A DNA stretch of 63,142 nt, the filler included, from Intoshia linei (lineage: Eukaryota; Animalia; Orthonectida): the NCBI GenBank assembly GCA_001642005.1. It is 6 parts of 6 records of this genome, joined end to end, with 100 filler letters (N's around TTAATTAATTAA, not from the genome) between each part and the next. Parts side by side here need not be neighbours in the genome. Positions count along the whole stretch, not along the records: positions 54,346 to 61,421 come from LWCA01001602.1; positions 61,522 to 63,142 come from LWCA01002550.1; 4 more parts are not named here. One strand, written 5' to 3'. The position numbers and the translations under genes were made by a program. The notes below the pieces were generated by a model. It saw only the letters and a program-made list of their open reading frames with translations. It had not been told where the DNA came from and did not search any database. Shown here in pieces: positions 57,344-63,142 of the stretch (within the stretch, counting starts at the first letter, position 1; each line of letters starts with the position of its first letter).

Positions 57344-57611
57344 AATGTAAAGCCAAAACTACTTATCTATGATGACGAATAAAAATTTTCGGCTTGAAAT
57401 TTATTCCGAATAAACTAAAAGTCATAGTACATATTTTTCTGGCGACTTTAACTTAAGTATAATTTTGTATGAGAAAATACTATAGTGATATAATTGGCAT
57501 TTAAATTTTTTTTTTTCCGGAATTTCTGTTATTTATGACGATTTTTTAGTGTTGTAACTATAATTGTATTGTTTTTAACATTATACACTCATTTTCTATA
57601 ATAAATTAGAA

Positions 57612-58213
57612 AATCGGGAATGCGTAGATTTCTGATGATTGACGTTGATGCATAAATTTTGTATTTGTATGAACTGGAATAACCTCTATGAGAATAATCT
57701 TTATTTTTAATTTTCAGACGGTTAATTATTTCACATTTTTTGTATTTAATAAAATATTTCGTAAAAAAAATATATGAATACTAAAATGCTTTTTGACCGT
57801 GAAAGCGTTACTTATTTAGATTGAACTTTTTTGTGTGTGTTAACACGATACAACTGTACCACGTGTAATTTTTTTTAAATTTTAGGGGTGTTTTCATTAA
57901 AAAAAAGGGGTAATTTGGGATTTTGGCCCTGAAGATATATTTTTTTAAATTTAAATTGATGTTAATATTTATGATTTTAAAATCCGTATCAGCGTATATA
58001 TTTTTTTAAATTCTCGAACTCGTTTGATTTTCAAAAAAACGACAATTAGGCTTTTTGACCCGTAAGATGTAATTGAGAGGTTGAAATTTATTTTGTTAAC
58101 AATTCAAAAAAAACTGTAATTGAAATGTGGACTTTATAAAATTCTAAGATTGGTAGTTATTGAAATAAACGATAACACACACAGACAAACAAAGCACATT
58201 ATATAAGTAAAGA
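57612..58213 (-). mobile_element. Family A Helitron-like copy
   Basis: A|TCTTTACTTATATAAT 5' end; collinear with 1-541. Confidence 0.72.
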
Positions 58214-60185
58214 TTGATATTAGATTATAGTCTTTACTTTATAAGAAAATTTTAATTATAAAGTAAAAGTAGCTAAAACCATGTGTTTGTTTCAGTGTCA
58301 AATCTACCGTACTTCGATACCCTTCGTTGGCTTAGACGAAATTTTTGTAAATTGGATAATTTAAACCTGTTTCCAAATTGAGCAATATTATTGAATATCA
58401 TACCTATTTTGTGTTTTCCCTTAAAAATATCAAACCCATAGAATTTGCTGAGGGCTATACAACATCACATCATTTTTAAAATTTTAAGGGACCTATGTTA
58501 ATATTTTAATTTCCAATGCTTTTATTATAAATCAGTACACAATTATATGTAAAAATCTTTAATTTTCGGATTCGCGTGTGCGTTGCAGACTGTTCGATCC
58601 TAACGTTTATTTTACCTAAAATAATTAATGTCAACACTTAACTCTTACTATACTCGTATATAATCGATACAATTATTTATGTGTAAATCAAATTGATGCA
58701 TTTAATATTATTATTATCTAGAGACTTTGCATCTATCCATTTTTCTAATTTACCAACAAAGTATACCAAGTTCAATATCTGATTGAAATTAAATACTAAC
58801 TGAAACATAAATTGATTAAAACAGCTCAGTCTGCTTTTCATCGATATTTTACTACTATATACATAAAAAACTAAACAATTTCTTGTCATTTCAATGTATA
58901 TAAAATCTACGTCGGACAGATCCATCAAACTTAAATGGCCATAATCGGTAAACTAGTCAGATTTATTCGTTTATCAATACACGCACATATTATGCGTCTT
59001 ATTAGTATTTGAAACCACACCTTTTATTGAATATATAACAAACTTGACATTCAGTCTTGGCCAATAAAATTACCAATTTTAACATGTAAATTAAAACAAG
59101 CATTTAATTTACTTTTTCATTTACTTATTTATTCATTTTTTCAATTTGTTTGCATTGATTTTGAAATTTCAATATTTAATTGTTTTTAGCAAAATAATAT
59201 GGACATTCCGAAACCTGACTACTTGTTCAACCTTGAATTAGAGGTGAGCAAAGATTCAGGTGTCGAAAAGCCAAGTTTGTCGAGCTATTTCAATTGGTCG
59301 TTGATTGATGTTCCATTTACAATAATATTGGGTTTTATAGTTGTTTCGATATTCTTGACACATGTACAATATTTATTTGTTGTACAATACATGTTATCAT
59401 AATTGGCATTATTTAGCATGATTTATTTTGTATTCCATAAAATACAATATTTAATTTATATTTTAATTTAATGCCATTATTTCTGTGTACCATCCTCCTC
59501 TCAATATTCTATGTGTAAGTCTAGAATAATTTAGTTAATGTTGTAAATTCTGATTAATACACAAAGTTTAATGATTATATATTTGTATATTTAACATATT
59601 AATAGATGAATTATTACGTTTTTTTCGGTTTGAGACAAACCAATATTATTTGTGTCGTCTCTGTGTAGTGGTTATCAATCAAGTACTTTTAAAGTGTATT
59701 TACAATTTAATGTTAATTAAGTTTATTTAAAATTGAAGTTTAATTGATATATCGAGCCAAATCTCTACAATTGCAAACTAAACATAGTCAAAAACTTAAA
59801 TTTTAATAATGCGTGTCTGTCTATTTGTGTTTTATCATTTATTTAGAATATTACTATTCCCAGAAATTTAAAAACAAATTAAAAACAAATTAAAAACAAA
59901 TGTCAGTTTTTTTTGGTCCAACCATTCTGACATGTTTCAATCATAAAATTTGCATCTTCACAGTTAAAAACCAAAATTTCCCTATTTTTTGGGAAAATAA
60001 AAAATTGTTATGGTATTCAAAAAAATAAAATTTAATAGAGCCTTCTCCAGTTGACATGTAGAAAACATTTGAATCTCTGAACTTAACTTCTTCGCTATCA
60101 CAAAAGCATTTTATCATTTCTATTTTTTTATTTTCTTAACTCAACAATTTGAAAAAAAATCCAAAAATATCATTCAAATATTCAG

Positions 60186-60594
60186 AACCTATATCCAATG
60201 CAAGATGGAACGCAAAGGCAATTTACGCTATTAAAGCATATCTCTTAGGTATGAGAGACGCTAAGATGGTCGAGGCATATTGGGTAAAATGCTTATTCAA
60301 TTGTAGGTAATTATTAATATTATTTTATATATCGAAAATTATCATAAAACTAATATTAGATCTTCCGAAGTAGCCGATTGGGGTGAACTTTCAAATTATT
60401 TAAATGGAAAATATGTTACCGCAAGTCAATGTCTAAAACGACATTGGAATTTAAAGTTAAAACCCATGAAGGTAATTTATACCAACGAAATATCGGAACA
60501 AGCTCTTGCTCAAATGGAAATTATGAGATCAACAGTTAGAACAAATGAAAAATTGGAGTTAAAACTGTTGTCTAAATTCAATAATTTTAAATAA
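60186..60594 (+). CDS. Last two exons (60186-60306, 60360-60594) of a spliced, transposase-like gene; upstream exons possibly from about 59190
   Basis: Open frame PISNARWNAKAIYAIKAYLL...FNCR|SSEV...CLKRHW...TNEISEQAL...LELKLL* across a 53-nt GT-AG intron. Confidence 0.55.
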
Positions 60595-60769
60595 AGTTAG
60601 TTTTTTTAAAAGGTTTAAAAATTTTCAGGTGGAATAAATTATAGACTTTGGAATTTTTTCTTTGATATTTATGTTCTATATTACATTTCCAATGTTCAGT
60701 CAAATATAATTTTTCTAATTTAACAAAGTCTCAAAAATGGACAAAATTCTGTTCGTTTTTTACAAAACA

Positions 60770-61330
60770 TGATTTTTGTTGAAAATACCCTATACCACGC
60801 TGAAGAGGGTACTTAAAAACCCCTAAAAAATATGATTTTAGAAAAATTTACCTAAAAACATTAAGCGCTTTTCCCCTTTTTCTTAATTAGCGCCAATGAT
60901 TTTATTTTAAAAATGGATACTATTAATGTACGACCCACTAAGACATATGCTAAATTTTGAGAGAAAAAATGAAATATTTAACTTCACAGGGCGTTTTTTC
61001 CATAAAAAGGGGTTTTTGTAATATTGGTCAAATATAAAAATTCCTAATTACCACAAATTTATTTTAACTGTAAAAATTTGAGTGTGTCATTATGAAATTT
61101 AGTTATTTACGTTTTAAATACATTTTAATGAAAAAAAGTAATATGAACTCTCTAGAAGCCGAGCTAAAAAATTGAACTGTGTTTATTCTTATCGATTAAT
61201 TTGTATAAAATGTGACGCAGATTCGTTACAGGTGGATGTAGTTTTTTTGTATTATTAATTTTTGTGTTTTAATTAATTAAAATCACAAAAAATAACCCCA
61301 GAATTCGTCATATTTTCGGTAAAAATACCT
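60770..61330 (+). repeat. Repeat family B (copy of 31625-32205)
   Basis: Direct sequence match. Confidence 0.85.
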
Positions 61331-61421
61331 TTCAATATATTATCAATCAATATTTTTGAAATTTTCTAGTGGCGACTCTCCAACTCGGGCTACTCGGGAA
61401 AAGCCCGAGTTGATATTTTTA

Positions 61422-61521
61422 NNNNNNNNNNNNNNNNNNNNNNNNNNNNNNNNNNNNNNNNNNNNTTAATTAATTAANNNNNNNNNNNNNNNNNNNNNNN
61501 NNNNNNNNNNNNNNNNNNNNN
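61422..61521. other. Assembly gap with synthetic linker
   Basis: N44-TTAATTAATTAA-N44. Confidence 0.98.
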
Positions 61522-61996
61522 CACAAATATCAAAATAATCTCTATACAACACAAATATAGCAGAACCAGAGATGCTAAACGTATAGAAAATAATGAATTC
61601 CATGCTTTTCTTGGAATGAAATTGAAAATAATTTTATGTTAAAATTAAACTAAATTGAGATATTAATCTGGTATGCATAACGCGAACACTAATTATTGTA
61701 ATGATTCAATTTTTTTTGATACATCAAATAAAATACGAAGGTGTCATTTACATAGTTTTGATAGTAATCAAAAGGAAACTAAGAATATGTGTGAATTATG
61801 CAATGCATATATTTATAGAAACCATGGTCATTTACAAATTGTTAATTTGTAAATTTGTATAGAATCAAATAGCTCAAACAATTAAATTTTACGACTGACA
61901 TTTTAATTGCTTTTTATATATTTTTTATTCATTAATATCATCATTTTTGTCCTTTGCGACTATTTAAGTTTTAAACAAAGCGCGAGCACTAAAGGG
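61522..61996 (+). mobile_element. piggyBac relic, right end
   Basis: EFHAFLGM fragment, Cys-rich tail RRCHLH...CELCNAYIYRNH, terminus AAAGGG|TTAA. Confidence 0.8.
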
Positions 61997-63142
61997 TTAA
62001 ATCATTCAAATTTAAATAAGAAACTAAAAAAACTTTGTTAATATCATTTTTATATTACAATCCTTTGCAATAATGGTAAAATTCGACTGAAATGTTTATA
62101 AAGTGAAGATTCAGTTAATTATTGATACACAATTTATTTTCAAGTATTTATAGTCAGTTTCATAATTACGTCAACACCTAGAAAATGGTTATATATTTTA
62201 TACTTTCATTAATTTATAAATAAAACTAATTGCATTTTTTCATTTCATTTTGATCTCCATAATAGCTATGGATATACTTAAAATAATTAATATAAAAAGT
62301 CATGTTTTTGTTCATTTTAAAATTTATAACAATTGAAACAAAATACAATTAATTTCAAATTTATCAAATGGACGATTCAAAAGTATGTCAACACTACCAG
62401 TTAATTTGGATTAATTAAACATTAAATTTCTAGTTTTTATCTGGCTCCATAGGATCTAAGGAATTGAATCAATGTGAATTAAATTTAATCAAAAAATTAA
62501 ATGATGAGGCAAATCATTACGTGAAATTGGCCGACACTATTCGACCATATCGAAGGCTCTAAAGCAGTGATTCTTAACCTTTTTTGACTTATGCACTCCC
62601 AAATATTGATCTTAATGACTGTGCACCCCTGATTAAAAATCAATTAATACAATATTAATTATAAATGAAGTTTTAACTAGTTACTTAAATTAAACGGATA
62701 AAATTTAAGAATTAAAGCTGATTTGGTCATAATAATGGTCGTGGAGAGGCATCAGTAGCCCCGGGCTCGATGGAAAGTATGGACCTCTATAGATTAATTA
62801 ATCAAACGTTCATTATTTAAAAATTAAAAATAACCATTGGAAATCGTATTGATTATCGAAATTATGATATACTTAAGAAATTTTTCATCAATACCTATTA
62901 ATAAATTAAAAAAGTAGGCCCTCATGATTGTAAACATGGGACATATGATATTCTCCACGACCCTGTCTGTACTTACTTCAAACCTTTATAAAAATGAAAA
63001 CGTGTCAACTATCATATCCATTAAAAGCTTTGTAAGTACTACTGCAATATCCAGTACATATATTATTTATTTTCCATTGAAAAATATTGGAAAATGTAGT
63101 AGCCCTGGTCATACCACCAAATTCATTAATCAAAAATAGACT

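Overview
AT-rich eukaryotic (animal) genomic scaffold with five 100-nt N gaps, each carrying an artificial TTAATTAATTAA linker. Genes are compact. Most introns are 31-61 nt GT-AG, and the longer introns are usually filled with DNA-transposon relics. This style fits a reduced invertebrate genome such as the orthonectid Intoshia (inference only). Gene order, reconstructed by manual splicing: two tandem PP1 glycogen-targeting subunits (CBM21), groucho/TLE (-), invertebrate claudin, adrenodoxin, LIN-41/TRIM71 without RING or B-boxes, FAM50/XAP5, DJ-1, mevalonate kinase followed 52 bp later by RCE1, BBS1, eIF3g (-), NK1 homeobox, NOP14 3' part (-), MPPE1 (-), Tctex1d2, and a spliced transposase-like ORF. 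Interspersed repeats include a Helitron-like family, hAT/Buster MITEs with perfect 8-bp TSDs, Chapaev-, mariner-, Tigger- and piggyBac-like relics, and AGT...ACT solo-LTR-like elements, one with its empty site in the window. Best leads: the operon-like MVK-RCE1 isoprenoid/prenylation pair, a possibly domesticated intron-containing transposase, a let-7-like hairpin upstream of groucho, and the stripped-down LIN-41. All family assignments are from remembered motifs; no searches were run.
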